The notes: generated by a model not told the origin, from the sequence alone. Counted from the first letter of the stretch, positions 1-11,730 are shown. The stretch is 64,000 bases of DNA from Mustelus asterias (GCF_964213995.1 NC_135820.1:1054001-1118000); one strand, 5' to 3'. Numbers and translations are program-made.

Positions 1-129
1 TAATATTTCTGAAATGTTAATATTTATTGATGATAATACTTCTCTCCTTGTTGTCAAAATTGTCACAAAGTGCTTCAGCAAACAGGACACGTCACCCTGT
101 GCCTCCACGTTGACATTCTTTTAGGATTC

Positions 130-747
130 AGTTCTGGGACCTGGGTGTCGCTGGCCGGGTCCAGCATTTATTGCCCATATCTAATTGCCCCCTGAGAAGG
201 TGGAGTGTGAACCGCCATCTTGAACCCGCCGCGGTCCCTGAGGTGTAGGTACACCCACAGTGCTGTTAGGGAGGGAGTCCCAGGATTTAGACCCAGCGTC
301 AGTGAAGGAACGGCCGATATATTCCCAAGTCGGGATGGTGAGTGACTCGGAGGGGAGCCTCCAGGTGGGGGTGTTCCCAGGTATCTGCTGCCCTTGTCCT
401 TCTAGATGGTAGCGGTCGTGGGTTTGGAAGGTGCTGCCTAAGGAGCCTTGGTGAGATGCTGCAGTGCATCTTGTAGATGGTACACACGGCTGTCACTGTG
501 CGTCAGCGGTGGAGGGAGTGGATGTTTGTGGTTAGCGTGTCGATCAAGCGGGGCTGCTTTGTCCTGGATGGTGTCGAGCTTCTTGAGTGTTGTTGGAGCC
601 GCACCCATCCAGGCAAGTGGGGAGTTTTCCATCACACTCCTGACCTGTGTCCTTGTTGATCGTGTCAGACTTTGGGAGTCAGGAGATGAGTTACTCACCG
701 CAGGATTCCCAGCCTCTGAGCTGCTCTGGGAGCCACTGTGTTTATAT
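130..747 (-). mobile_element. CR1/L2-group LINE, 3' part of ORF2 plus 3'UTR (degraded); continues near 2845-3275 beyond a younger insertion
   Basis: Minus-strand peptide QVRSVMENSPLAWMGAAPTTLKKLDTIQDKAA. The same family recurs at 52525-53080 and 60820-61390. Confidence 0.8.
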
Positions 748-2745
748 CAGGGAATGCATCAAGGCAAAAGAGAGAGCCTATAATGTGGCAAAGAGTAGTG
801 GGAAGTCAGAAGATTGGGAAGGCTATAAAAACAAACAGAGGATAACAAAGAGAGAAATAAGGAAGGAGAGGATCAAATATGAAGGTAGGCTAGCCAGTAA
901 CATTAGGAATGATAGTAAAAGTTTCTTTAAATACATTAAAAACAAACGGGAGGCAAAAGTAGACATTGGGCCGCTCCAAAATGACGCTGGTAATCTAGTG
1001 ATGGGAAACAAGGAAATAGCTGAGGAACTTAATAAGTACTTTGCGTCAGTCTTCACAGTAGAAGACATGAGTAATATCCCAACAATTCAGGAAAGTCAGG
1101 GGGCAGAGTTGAATATGGTTGCCATCACAAAGGAGAAAGTGCTAGAGAAACTAAAAGGTCTGAAAATTGATAAATCTCCGGGCCCAGATGGGCTACATCC
1201 TAGAGTTCTAAAGGAGATAGCTGAAGAAATAGTGGAGGCGTTAGTTATGATCTTTCAAAAGTCACTGGAGTCAGGGAAAGTCCCAGAGGACTGGAAAATC
1301 GCTGTTGTAACCCCACTGTTCAAGAAGGGAACAAGAAAAAAGATGGAAAATTATAGGCCAATTAGCCTAACCTCAGTTGTTGGCAAAATTCTAGAATCCA
1401 TCATTAAGGATGAGATTTCTAAATTCTTGGAAGTGCAGGGTCGGATTAAGACAAGTCAGCATGGATTTAGTAAGGGGAAGTCGTGCCTGACAAACCTGTT
1501 AGAGTTCTTTGAAGAGATAACAAATAGGTTAGACCAAGGAGAGCCAATGGATGTTATCTATCTTGACTTCCAAAAGGCCTTTGACAAGGTGCCTCACGGG
1601 AGACTGCTGAGTAAAATAAGGGCCCATGGTATTCGAGGCAAGGTACTAACATGGATTGACGATTGGCTGTCAGACAGAAGGCAGAGAGTTGGGATAAAAG
1701 TTTCTTTCTCAGAATGGCAACCGGTGACAAGTGGTGTCCCGCAGGGTTCAGTGTTGGGGCCACAGCTGTTCTCTTTATATATTAACGATCTAGATGACGG
1801 GACTGGGAGCATTCTGGCCAAGTTTGCCGATGATACAAAGATAGGTGGAGGGGCAGGTAGTATTGAGGAGGTGGGGAGGCTGCAGAAAGATTTAGACAGT
1901 TTAGGAGAGTGGTCCAAGAAGTGGCTGATGAAATTCAACGTGGGCAAGTGCGAGGTCGTACACTTTGGAAAAAAGAATAGAGGCATGGACTATTTTCTAA
2001 ACGGTGACAAAATTCATAATGCTAAAGTGCAAAGGGACTTGGGAGTCCTAGTCCAGGATTCTCTAAAGGTAAACTTGCAGGTTGAGTCCGTAATTAAGAA
2101 AGCAAATGTAATGTTGTCATTTATCTCAAGAGGCTTGGAATACAAAAGCAGGGATGTACTTCTGAGGCTTTATAAAGCACTGGTTAGGCCCCATTTGGAG
2201 TACTGTGAGCAATTTTGGGCCCCACACCTCAGGAAGGACATACTGGCACTGGAGCGGGTCCAGCGGAGATTCACACGGATGATCCCAGGAATGGTAGGCC
2301 TGACATACGATGAACGTCTGAGGATCGTGGGATTATATTCATTGGAGTTTAGGAGGTTGAGGGGAGATCTGATAGAAACTTACAAGATAATGAACGGCTT
2401 AGATAGGATGGACGTAGGGAAGTTGTTTCCATTAACAGGGGAGACTAGGACGCGGGGGCACAGCCTTAGAATAAAAGGGAGTCACTTTAGAACAGAGATG
2501 AGGAGAAATTTCTTCAGCCAGAGAGTGGTGGGTCTGTGGAATTCATTGCCACAGAGGGCTGTGGAGGCCGAGAAGTTGAGCGTCTTCAAGACAGAAATTG
2601 ATAAATTCTTGATTTCTCGAGGAATTAAGGGCTATGGGGAGAGAGCGGGTAAATGGAGTTGAAATCAACCATGATTGAATGGTGGAGTGGACTCGATGGG
2701 CCGAATGGCCTTACTTCCGCTCCTATGTCTTATGGTCTTATGGTC
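748..2745 (+). mobile_element. 5'-truncated young CR1/HER1-type LINE with uninterrupted RT frame to stop 2662
   Basis: Motifs KSPGPDGLHPRVLKE, NYRPISLTS, YLDFQKAFDKVPH, GVPQGSVLGP, KFADD and RRNFFSQRVV. 3' tail (CTTATGGT)n. TTATAT on both sides (742-747, 2746-2751). Confidence 0.95.
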
Positions 2746-2844
2746 TTATATGATGAGAGGTGAACGACACCAGGTTTATATGAAATCACAAAGCTTCAGA
2801 GTGCTCTCCTTCACCAGGTGAGGTCCACATCATGGCCAACGTCT

Positions 2845-3275
2845 GTGGTTATATAGCTAGTTCAGGTCAGTTTCTGCTCAATGTTAACCCCCAGGATGTT
2901 GACAGTGGGGGATTCAGTGACGGTTACACCATTGAATGCCAAGGGGCGGTGGTTAGAGTGTCTCTTATTGGTGGTGGTCATTGCCTGGCATTTGTGTGGC
3001 ATGAATGTTATTTGCCACTTGTCAGCCCAAGCCTGGATATTGTCCAGATCTTGATGCATTTGAACATGGACTGTTTCAGTATGTGAGGAGTCGCGAATGG
3101 TGCTGAACATTGTGCAATCATCGGCGAACATCACCACTTCTGACCTTATGACAGAGGGAAGGTCATTGATGAAGCAGCTGAAGATTGTTGGGCCAAGGAC
3201 ACTACCCTGAGGGACCCCTGCAGAGATGTCCTGGAGCTGAGGTGACTGCCCCTCCACAGCCACAGCCATCTTCCT
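2845..3275 (-). mobile_element. CR1/L2-group LINE RT fragment (upstream part of the element at 130-747)
   Basis: GVPQGSVLGPTIFSCFINDLP...MFADD...NILGVNIEQKL, which in this family runs directly into INTVA..RLGIL seen at 690-747. Confidence 0.8.
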
Positions 3276-3284
3276 TTGTTTTAG

Positions 3285-3565
3285 TTTAGTTTAGAAACAT
3301 AGAAGATAGGAGCAGGAGGAGGCCATTCGGCCCTTCGAGCCTGCTCCGCCATTCATTACAATCATGGCTGATCGTCCAACTCAATAGCCTAATCCCACTT
3401 TCTCCCCATAACCTTTGATCCCATTCGCCCCCAAGTGCTCTATCCAGCCGCCTCTTCAATACATTCAATGTTTTGGCATCAGCTACTTCCTGTGGTAATG
3501 AATTCCACAGGCTCACCACTCTCTGGGTGAAGGAATGTCTCCTCTGTCCTAAATGGTCTACCCCC
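3285..3565 (-). mobile_element. CR1-type LINE 3' end
   Basis: SFTQRVVSLWNSLPQEV followed by the GGGCCGAATGGCCTCCTCCTGCTCCTAT tail on the minus strand. Confidence 0.8.
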
Positions 3566-3599
3566 AATCAGACTGGTTTATTTTGTAGTTCATTTAGTT

Positions 3600-3886
3600 T
3601 ATTAAATAACAGGCCTTACATTAACACTGCAATGAAGTTGCTGTGAAAATCCCCTAGTCGCCACACTTCGGCGCCTGTTCGGGTAACACTGAGGGAGAAT
3701 TTAGCATGGCCAATGCACCATAACCAGCACGTCTTTCAGAGTGTGGGAGGAAACCAGAGCACCCGGAGGAAAACCACGCAGACACGGGGAGAATGTGCAG
3801 ACTCCACACAGACAGTGACCCGAGCTGGGAATCGAACCCGGGTCCTTGGCGCTGTGAGGCAGCAGTGCTAACCACTGTGCTGCCCA
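3600..3886 (-). mobile_element. V-SINE (HE1-like head and core, alternative type-B tail)
   Basis: tRNA-like head CAGTGGTTAGCACTGCTGCCTCACAGC...GGGTTCGATTCC, V-domain core, tail GGGGATTTTCACAGCAACTTCATTGCAG. Confidence 0.85.
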
Positions 3887-4086
3887 AGGTTGAATAGCTG
3901 ATTGGCTTTGGGGCAATTCGCATTCAAAGCTCTGGAACCTTGCATTAGGAGGGACTGGGAGGGTGTGGATTTGGGATTGGGACAGGGTTGGGGGGTGGAG
4001 ACTGGTACAGAGGGGGGAGAGGATTAAACATCAAACCCCACACTGTGCGCAAACCCAAACTTTAACACCATCTCCTTCCCTTTCAG

Positions 4087-4139
4087 GGTGGAAGCGTTTC
4101 TCCTCGGACTCTGGGTGTCAGTCGCTGCTACGGAGTCAG
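4087..4139 (+). CDS. Signal-peptide exon of B7-family gene
   Basis: Acceptor TCTCCTTCCCTTTCAG and donor CAG|GTGGGT. 53 nt, phase 2 in and phase 1 out. Encodes xVEAFLLGLWVSVAATES(G), in frame with the IgV exon. Confidence 0.75.
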
Positions 4140-4705
4140 GTGGGTATTATCCCGTTCAGAATTGGGGCGGTTTACATGGAGAGGCCGGGAAAAGCCGGGA
4201 TGGTTCTCCTCGGAGCAGGGAAGGACAAGTGGGAGAATGAATCGAGGCGTTCACAATCACGTGGGATAAATGAGGAGAAAGTGTTTCCAGTGACAGGAGG
4301 CTCGGTAACCAGAGGGGACACAGATTGAAGAGAATCAGGAAAAGAACCAGAGCGGGGGGAGATGAGGAGAATTTTATTTCACACTGAGAGAGATCTCACA
4401 AAGAGCTAGCACAGGAAAGATGGACCAAATGGCCCCCTTGTGCTGCTTGATTCTCAGCTGTCCAAAATCTTGACCACCCTGGGGGCGGGGGGGGGGGGGG
4501 GGGGGGGGGGCGGTATCAGGAGGCTGTTTTGATTGGGTTAAAATAGATTAAAATACCGGGGGGTTGGCATTACTGTCAGTTTCCACCCTCCTCCCAACAT
4601 TGTGGCTTTACCTGCCTCAGCTGATCCACAATTAAGAGGCGAATTACTGTAATCTATAGATCTGAGGCATAGGGTTGGAGCCTAACTGCTGTGACCAAAC
4701 ATCTG

Positions 4706-5178
4706 GAGGACAGTCAGAGACTAATTGCTGTAAGACACATTGTGAGGACAGTTAGAGACTATTGGTTGTAAGACACATTATGAGGACAGTTAGAGGTTAA
4801 TTGCTGTGAGACACATTGTGAGGGCAGTTAAAAGCTAATTGCTGTAAGACACTTTGTGAGGACAGTTAGAGGCTAATTGCTGTAAGACACTTTGTGAGGC
4901 CAGTTAGAGGCTAATTGCTGTGAGACACATTGCGAGGACAGTTAGAGACTAATTGCTGTGAGACACACTGTTGAGGACAGTAAGAGGCTAATTGCTGTGA
5001 GACACATTGTGAGGACAGTGAGAAGTTAATTGCTGTAAGGCACATTGTGAGGACAGTCAGAGGTTAATTGCTGTAAGGCACATTGTGAGGACAGTAAGAG
5101 GCTAATTGTTGTGAGACACATTGTGAGGACACATTGCTGTGACTGACATATCTTTGGGACAGTTAGAGGTTAACTGCT
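4706..5178 (+). repeat. 38-bp tandem minisatellite, about 12 copies
   Basis: Unit GAGGACAGTTAGAGGCTAATTGCTGTGAGACACATTGT; starts at 4706 and 4744. Confidence 0.9.
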
Positions 5179-5686
5179 TTCTTTGTGCAGGAACCTATGT
5201 CCATTCTAGGCCCTGAGCTTTGGTCAAAAATTCGGCCATAAGACCATCACCGTTGAGGCCAAGCTGCGATTGTTGCAAATTGTGACGATCCAACATTATT
5301 TGCAACAATCCATCTTAACTTCAGCGTCGGCGTGGAGGGACCAGGGCAGGTTGTTGGTGATCCGGACACCGAGAAACCTGAAGCTCTCGACCATTTCCAC
5401 GTCATCCCCGTTGCCTGAGATTGTGTGGGGGAGGCAGGTCCAACTTCAGAAGGGGAATCGGATTTTTAATCTGAAGAGGGGAAAATGTTCAGAGATCGGG
5501 GAGGGTGGGGAGAAGGTCGGTGGGAGGTATGGGAAAGGGGGTGGGACAGGGACTGGGCCAATTGCTCATGCAGGGAGCTAGCATCGACACGATGGACTCA
5601 ATGGCCTCCTCCAGTGCTGTATCTGCCCCGCAATTCTCTGACCGTTGATTCCTGCTCTGTATCGATTCAATTCTCTTGTCTGGCAG

Positions 5687-6013
5687 GCTCTACAATTAAC
5701 GTGACCGGGTCTTACCAGGGAGAAGTGGTGCTGCCCTGCAGAGCCTCTGAACAATTGGTCAAGAGGGTGTATTGGCAGAGGACTGACGGTGAATTGGAAG
5801 TGGCGATGGCAGCATATTTCAAGAACGGGGATAGATGCACCACGTGCAGTCCTGGCTACGCAAATCGAACCAGCTTCACCGGTGACTTAGCACATGGCAA
5901 TTACTCTCTCAACCTCGGCAACCTCAGCCTCACCGATGAAGGCCGCTATAATTGTGTGGTTCAACTACATAATGCACCTGTCAAACACCATAACGTACAG
6001 CTGAAAGTCATTG
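5687..6013 (+). CDS. IgV-domain exon of ICOSL/CD276-like B7-family protein
   Basis: Acceptor TTCTCTTGTCTGGCAG, donor G|GTAAGA, phase 1-1, 327 nt. VVLPC...VYWQ...YANRTS...GNYSLNLGNLSLTDEGRYNCVV...VQLKV. Confidence 0.92.
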
Positions 6014-6072
6014 GTAAGACAGGTTTAAACTGCCTTCCTTTGTCATCCCGGTGACCGGCGCCGCAAGGGGTT

Positions 6073-6410
6073 TTTTTTATTCATTCGTGGGACACGGGCA
6101 TCGCCGGCTGGGCCAGCAGTTATTGCCCATCCCTAGGTGCCCGAGGGTAGCTGAGAGTCAACCACATTGCTCTGGAGTCACATGGAGGCCAGACCGCTTA
6201 AAGACGGCAGATTTCCTTCCCTAAAGGACATTAGTCAACCAGATGGGTTTTTCCGACAATGGTTTCATGGTCATCAGTAAATTCGTAATTGCATATTTTT
6301 TATTGAATTCAAATTCCACCAGCGGGATTCGAACCCGGGTCCCCAGAACATCAGCTGAGTTTCTGGATTAATAGTCTGGCGATAATACCGCTCGGCCATC
6401 ACCTCCCCTT
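6073..6410 (-). mobile_element. 3'UTR remnant of CR1/L2-group LINE
   Basis: Begins TTTTTTATTCATTCGTGGGACACGGGCATCGCCGGCTGGGCCAGC, matching the ends at 130, 52525 and 60820. Confidence 0.65.
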
Positions 6411-6688
6411 TAAATGACGTCACAAAAGACCACAGGCCTGTGCTGACCTCACGCCTCGTGGGGCTGGAGGTGTTTAAAGGGGTTTTCGAATATAGAACAG
6501 TACAGGAACAGGCCCTTCGGCCCACAATGTTGTGCTAAACATGACGCCAAATTCAACAAATTCTTTCTGCCTGCCCGTGCTCCATATCCCTCTCTTCTTG
6601 CATATTCATATACTTATCTAAAAACCTCTTAAACGCCAACCCTGGCAGTGAGTTCCACATACCTACCGCTCTCTGTGTAAACAAAATT

Positions 6689-6949
6689 AGTAAGAGTTTT
6701 AACAACACCAGTTTAAAGTCCAACAGGTTTATTTGGTAGCAAATGCCATTAACTTTTGGAGCGCTGCTCCTCTGTCAGATGGAGTGGAAATGTGCTCTCA
6801 AACAAGCAGATATTCACTCCATCTGATGAAGGGGCAGCGCTCCGAAAGCTAATGGCATTTGCTACCAAATAAACCTGTTGGACTTTAACCTGGTGTTGTG
6901 AGACTTCTTACTGTGTTCACCCCAGTCCAACGCCGGCATCTCCACATCA
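6689..6949. mobile_element. Non-autonomous Penelope-like element made of two inverted pseudo-LTRs plus tail
   Basis: 6689-6790 is an imperfect reverse complement of 6815-6912. Tail GTTCACCCCAGTCCAACGCCGGCATCTCCACATC. Flanked by TAAACAAAATT and TAAAAAAAATT. Confidence 0.85.
6819..6855 (+). ncRNA. Minimal type I hammerhead ribozyme motif in Penelope pLTR
   Basis: CCAT-CTGATGA-A-GGGGC-AGC-GCTCC-GAAA-GC-TA-ATGG: stem I CCAT/ATGG, both core boxes, 5-bp stem II, predicted cleavage after CUA. Confidence 0.7.
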
Positions 6950-7415
6950 TAAAAAAAATTACCCCTCACATCTCCTTTTAACTTTCCACTCTCACCCTGA
7001 GTGCATGCCCCCAGACCTTTCAACCCTGGACAAAGATTCTGACTGTCTATCTATCTCTGCCTCTCATAATTTTAGAGACTTCTATCATGTCTCCTCTCAG
7101 CCTCCGCCACTCCAGAGAAAACAACCCGAGTTTGTCCAGCCTCTCCTTACAGCTCACACCCTCTAATCCAGGCAGCATCCTGGTAAACCCCTTCTGCACC
7201 CTCTCCAAAGCGTCTACATCCTTTCTGTAATGTGGCGACCAGAATTGAACGCAATACTCTAATTGCGTCCTAGCCAAAGTTTTCTAAAGCTGCAACATGA
7301 CATCCTGACTTTCATACTTATTGCCCTGACCAATAAAGGCAAGTATGCCACACGCCTTCTTTACCACCCTATCTACTTGTGTGGCCTCTTTCAGGGAGGT
7401 ACGGACTTGAACCCC

Positions 7416-7734
7416 AAGAACATAGAATCCCTACAGTGCAGAAGGAGGCCATTTGGCCCATCGAGTCTGCACCCATGGCAATCCCACCCAGGCCCTATCC
7501 CCATAACCACATGCAATTACCCTCCTAATCCCCCTGACACTAAGGGGCAATTTAGCATGGCCAATCCACCTAACCCGCACATCTTTGGACTGTGGGAGGA
7601 AAACGGAGCACCCGGAGGAAACCCACGCAGACACGAGGAGAATGTGCAAACTCCACACAGACAGTGACCCCAGCTGGCAATCGAACCCAGGTCCCTGGCG
7701 CTGTGAGGCAGCAGTGCTAACCACTGTGCCACCC
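7416..7734 (-). mobile_element. HE1 V-SINE, full length, CR1/HER1-like tail
   Basis: Head, V-core and tail GGTGCAGACTCGATGGGCCAAATGGCCTCCTTCTGCACTGTAGGGATTCTATG. Confidence 0.9.
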
Positions 7735-8119
7735 TATGTATCCCTCTGTATGTCAGTGCTGTTCAGGGTCCTGCCATTAACTGTATCATTACCCTGAATA
7801 TTTGATCTCCCAAAGTCCAACACTTGACACTTGCCCGGATTAAACTCCATCTGCCATTTCTCCGCCCATATCCGCGACTGATCGATATCCTGCTGTATCC
7901 AGAGTTTGACAACAGTAAGCAGAGTGAGAAGGGGTGGAGGGGGAAGAGTCCAGAACCAGGATGAAGAAAAGTAACAATGGGAGCCATAAGACTTGGGGCA
8001 GAATTAGGCCATTCGGCCCATCGTCTCAGCTCCGCCATTCGATCATAGCTGATAAGTTTCTCAATCCCATTCTCCCACCTTTTCCCCCGTAAATCCACCC
8101 GCCACCTCCCCCCTCCGAA

Positions 8120-8613
8120 ATCTCACCAACCTTCACAGACGCACCATAGAAAGCATCCTTTCTGGCTGTATCACAGCTTGGTATGGCTACTGCTCTGCCC
8201 AAGACTGCAAGGAACTACAAAGGTCGTGAGTGTAGCCCAATCCATCACTCAAACCAGTCTCCTATCCATTGACTCTGTCTACACTTCCCACTGCCTCGGG
8301 AAAAGCAGCCAGCATAATTAAGGACCCCACTCACCCCGGACATTCTCTCTTCCACCTTCTTCCATCGGGAAAAAGATAGAAAAGTCTGAGATCACGTACC
8401 AACCGACTCAAGAACAGCTTCTTCCCTGCTGCTGTCTGACTTTTGAATGGATTTACCTTGCATTAAGTTGATCTTTATCTACACCCTGGCTATGTCTGTA
8501 AAACTGCATTCTGCACTCTCTCCTTTCCTTCTCTATGAACAGTATGCTTTGTCTGTATAGTGCGTAAGAAACAATACTTTTCACTACACACGTGACAATA
8601 ATAAATCAAATCA
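8120..8613 (+). mobile_element. Rex1/Babar-like LINE 3' fragment
   Basis: TIESILSGCITAWYG...IIKDPTHPGHSLFHLLPSG...TNRLKNSFFPAA; ends GTGACAATAATAAATCAAATCAA. Confidence 0.75.
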
Positions 8614-8922
8614 ACTCACAGCTCCAGGGACCTGGGTTCGATTCCCGGCTTGGGTCACTGTCTGTGTGGAGTTTGCACATTCTCCTCGTGTCTGCGTGGG
8701 TTTCCTCCAGGTGCTCCAGTTTCCTCCCACAGTCCAAAGATTTGCGAGGTAGGTTGATTGGCCATGCTAAAAATTGCCCCTTAGCGTCCTGAGATGCGTA
8801 GGTTAGAGGGATTAGCGGGTAAATATGTAGGGATATGGGGGTAGTGCCTGGGTGGGATTGTGATCGGTGCAGACTCGATGGGCCGAATGGCCTCTTTCTG
8901 CACTGTTGGGTTTCTATGATTC
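8614..8922 (+). mobile_element. HE1 V-SINE, 5'-clipped
   Basis: GGGTTCGATTCC B-box, V-core and HER1-like tail. Confidence 0.85.
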
Positions 8923-9454
8923 TAACTCAAAAACCTTTAATTCCATTACCAATCAAGAACCTATCTATCTCTGTCTTAAATGCACTCAATGACCCGGCCT
9001 CCACAGCCCCCTGTGGCAATGAATTCCACAGATTCACCACCAGACAGGCCATTCGGCGGGAGAGCAGGATATCTGGAAGCCCAAATGGGAGTTGGACATC
9101 TGGAACTCCCTTCCCTAACCCCCACCCCAAAATAAATTCAGTCGAGGTGGGTGGGAGGGTCAGTTGGAAATTTCAAAACAAGGAAGTTGTTTTTCTGGAG
9201 TTTGTTTTTTGCCGGTGCGGACAGCGTCTGAGGGGTCGAGTTGGGTTCCGGGGAATTTTAAGACCCGGGGGACCCGCCCCACAACGGGGAAGGGGGGGGG
9301 GATGGACAGAATGGCCTCCTCCTCTTCCCGTATCCCTCCGTGCCCCCCCCCCTTCCCAATGGAGCGAGGCGCCGACTGCCAGTGGATGGCGTTTGCCAGT
9401 GGCGATGCCCCTGGCGGTCGAATAGCCCATCGAAATCGATGCAGACTGAGGCAG

Positions 9455-9650
9455 GTGGGGTGGTGGTAGTGGGGGGAGGGTGGAGGTGGGGGCGGAGGGG
9501 GGGTGATGGGGGCGGAGGGGGGGTGGTGGTAGTGGGGGGAGGGTGGAGGTGGGGGCAGAGGGGGGGTGGTGGTAGTGGGGGGAGGTTGGAGGTGGGGGCG
9601 GAGGGGGGGGGTGGTGGGGGTGGAGGGGGGGGGGGGTGGTGGGTGGGGAG
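9455..9650 (+). repeat. G-rich low-complexity repeat
   Basis: Reiterated GGTGGTGGTAGTGGGGGGAGGGTGGAGGTGGGGGCGGAGGGGGG. Confidence 0.9.
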
Positions 9651-9713
9651 GCAATTGGTTGGCCGATCTCCCGCTCACCGTGACTGACTCCCTGTCTTTC
9701 ATCAAAATGGCAG

Positions 9714-10004
9714 CACAGTACAGCGAGCCGAGCATCAACGTGACGAGGCTGGAGAACAGGCATCCAAGCAAGCAGGCTGAACTCACCTGCTCGAGCCAAG
9801 GGGGCTACCCAGAGGCGAGAGTGCGCTGGGTAAACATAACCGACAACGGCACTTTCCCCGAGGAGCTCATACAGACAGAGACCAAGGTTGACGCACTGGG
9901 ACTGTACGTGCTAACCAGCATCCTGAGAGTTAATGCCAGCAGTGACCCCATCGCCTGTCACATCATCACCAACATGGCAAAAGACGTCAAAAAATCCTCA
10001 GAAG
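9714..10004 (+). CDS. IgC-domain exon of ICOSL/CD276-like B7-family protein
   Basis: Acceptor ...GGCAG, donor G|GTGAGT, phase 1-1, 291 nt. AQYSEP...LTCSSQGGYPEARVRWVNITDN...GLYVLTSILRV...IACHI resembles ICOSL GYPRPNVYWINKTDN and GLYDVVSVLRI. Confidence 0.92.
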
Positions 10005-10155
10005 GTGAGTGTGTGAGGAGCGCTCCAGGAGCTGGCAAAAGTGTTTCATTGTCACGTTACCCCGGGAGTGATCCATTGGGAGAATCGAGGGGGTTGTCAA
10101 GGGAACTATCGTGGGAAGGATTCCCAGGATCCTCCGGGTTCAACATGAAACGGAA

Positions 10156-11730
10156 AGGGAGTGCCGCACTGTCAGAGGGTCAGTGCTGAGGGAGTGCCGC
10201 ACTGTCAGAGGGTCAGTGCTGAGGGAGTGCCGCACTGTCAGAGGGTCAGTGCTGAGGGAGTGCCGCACTGTCAGAGGGTCAGTGCTGAGGGAGTGCTGCA
10301 CTGTCAGAGGGTCAGTACTGAGGGAGTGCCGCTCTGTCAGAGGGTCAGTACTGAGGGAGTGCCGCTCTGTCAGAGGGTCAGTACTGAGGGAGTGCCGCTC
10401 TGTCAGAGGGTCAGTGCTGAGGGAGTGCCGCACTGTCAGAGGGTCAGTACTGAGGGAGTGCCGCACTGTCAGAGGGTCAGTACTGAGGGAGTGCCGCTCT
10501 GTCAGAGGGTCAGTACTGAGGGAGTGCCGCACTGTCAGAGGGTCAGTACTGAGGGAGTGCTGCACTGTCAGAGGGTCAGTACTGAGGGAGTGCCGCTCTG
10601 TCAGAGGGTCAGTACTGAGGGAGTGCCGCTCTGTCAGAGGGTCAGTACTGAGGGAGTGCCGCTCTGTCAGAGGGTCAGTACTGAGGGAGTGCCGCACTGT
10701 CAGAGGGTCAGTACTGAGGGAGTGCCGCTCTGTCAGAGGGTCAGTGCTGAGGGCGTGCCGCACTGTCAGAGGGTCAGTACTAAGGGAGTGCCGCACTGTC
10801 AGAGGGTCAGTACTGGGGGAGTGCCGCACTGTCAGAGGGTCAGTACTGAGGGAGTGCCGCACTGTCAGAGGGTCAGTACTGAGGGAGTGCTGCACAGTCA
10901 GAGGGTCAGTGCTGAGGGAGTGCTGCACTGTCAGAGGGTCAGTGCTGAGGGAGTGCCGCACTGTCAGAGGGTCAGTACTGAGGGAGTGCCGCACTGTCAG
11001 AGGGTCAGTACTGAGGGAGTGCCGCACAGTCAGAGGGTCAGTACTGAGGGAGTGTCGCACTGTCAGAGGGTCAGTACTGAGGGAGTGCCGCACTGTCAGA
11101 GGGTCAGTACTGAGGGAGTGCTGCACTGTCAGAGGGTCAGTACTGAGGGAGTGCCACACTGTCAGAGGGTCAGTGCTGAGGGAGTGTTGCACTGTCAGAG
11201 GGTCAGTACTGAGGGAGTGCCGCACTGTCAGAGGGTCAGTACTGAGGGAGTGCTGCACTGTTAGAGGGTCAGTGCTGAGGGAGTGTTGCACTGTCAGAGG
11301 GTCAGTGCTGAGGGAGTGTTGCACAGTCAGAGGGTCAGTACTGAGGGAGTGCCGCACTGTCAGAGGGTCACTACTGAGGGAGTGCTGCACTGTTAGAGGG
11401 TCAGTACTGAGGGAGTGCCGCACTGTCAGAGGGTCAGTACTGAGGGAGTGCCGCATTGTCAGAGGGTCACTACTGAGGGAGTGCTGCACTGTTAGAGGGT
11501 CAGTACTGAGGGAGTGCCGCACTGTCAGAGGGTCAGTACTGAGGGAGTGCTGCACTGTCAGAGGGTCAGTACTGAGGGAGTGCCGCACTGTCAGAGGGTC
11601 AGTACTGAGGGAGTGCCGCACTGCCAGAGGGTCAGTGCTGAGGGAGTGCCGCACTGTCAGAGGGTCAGTACTGAGGGAGTGCCGCACTGCCAGAGGGTCA
11701 GTACTGAGGGAGTGCCGCACTGTCAGAGGG
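10156..11730 (+). repeat. 33-bp minisatellite, about 47 copies, filling most of an intron
   Basis: Unit GAGGGAGTGCCGCACTGTCAGAGGGTCAGTACT. Confidence 0.97.

Larger units (their letters stand above)
6490..7900 (-). mobile_element. CR1-type LINE 3' fragment interrupted by a Penelope hairpin (6689-6949) and an HE1 SINE (7416-7734)
   Basis: [32 protein letters not shown]...LFSLEWRRLRGD; tail GGGCCGAAGGGCCTGTTCCTGTACTGTTCTAT. Confidence 0.85.

Noticed and set aside
647-747. N-terminal 34 residues of the 671-aa ORF
   Set aside because: Antisense read-through of the older host LINE; the CR1 is 5'-truncated at about 748 and lacks its endonuclease domain.
9160-9799. Pro-rich and Gly-rich ORFs, and ORFs at 12239-13092
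   Set aside because: Translations of G-rich and 22-bp simple repeats.
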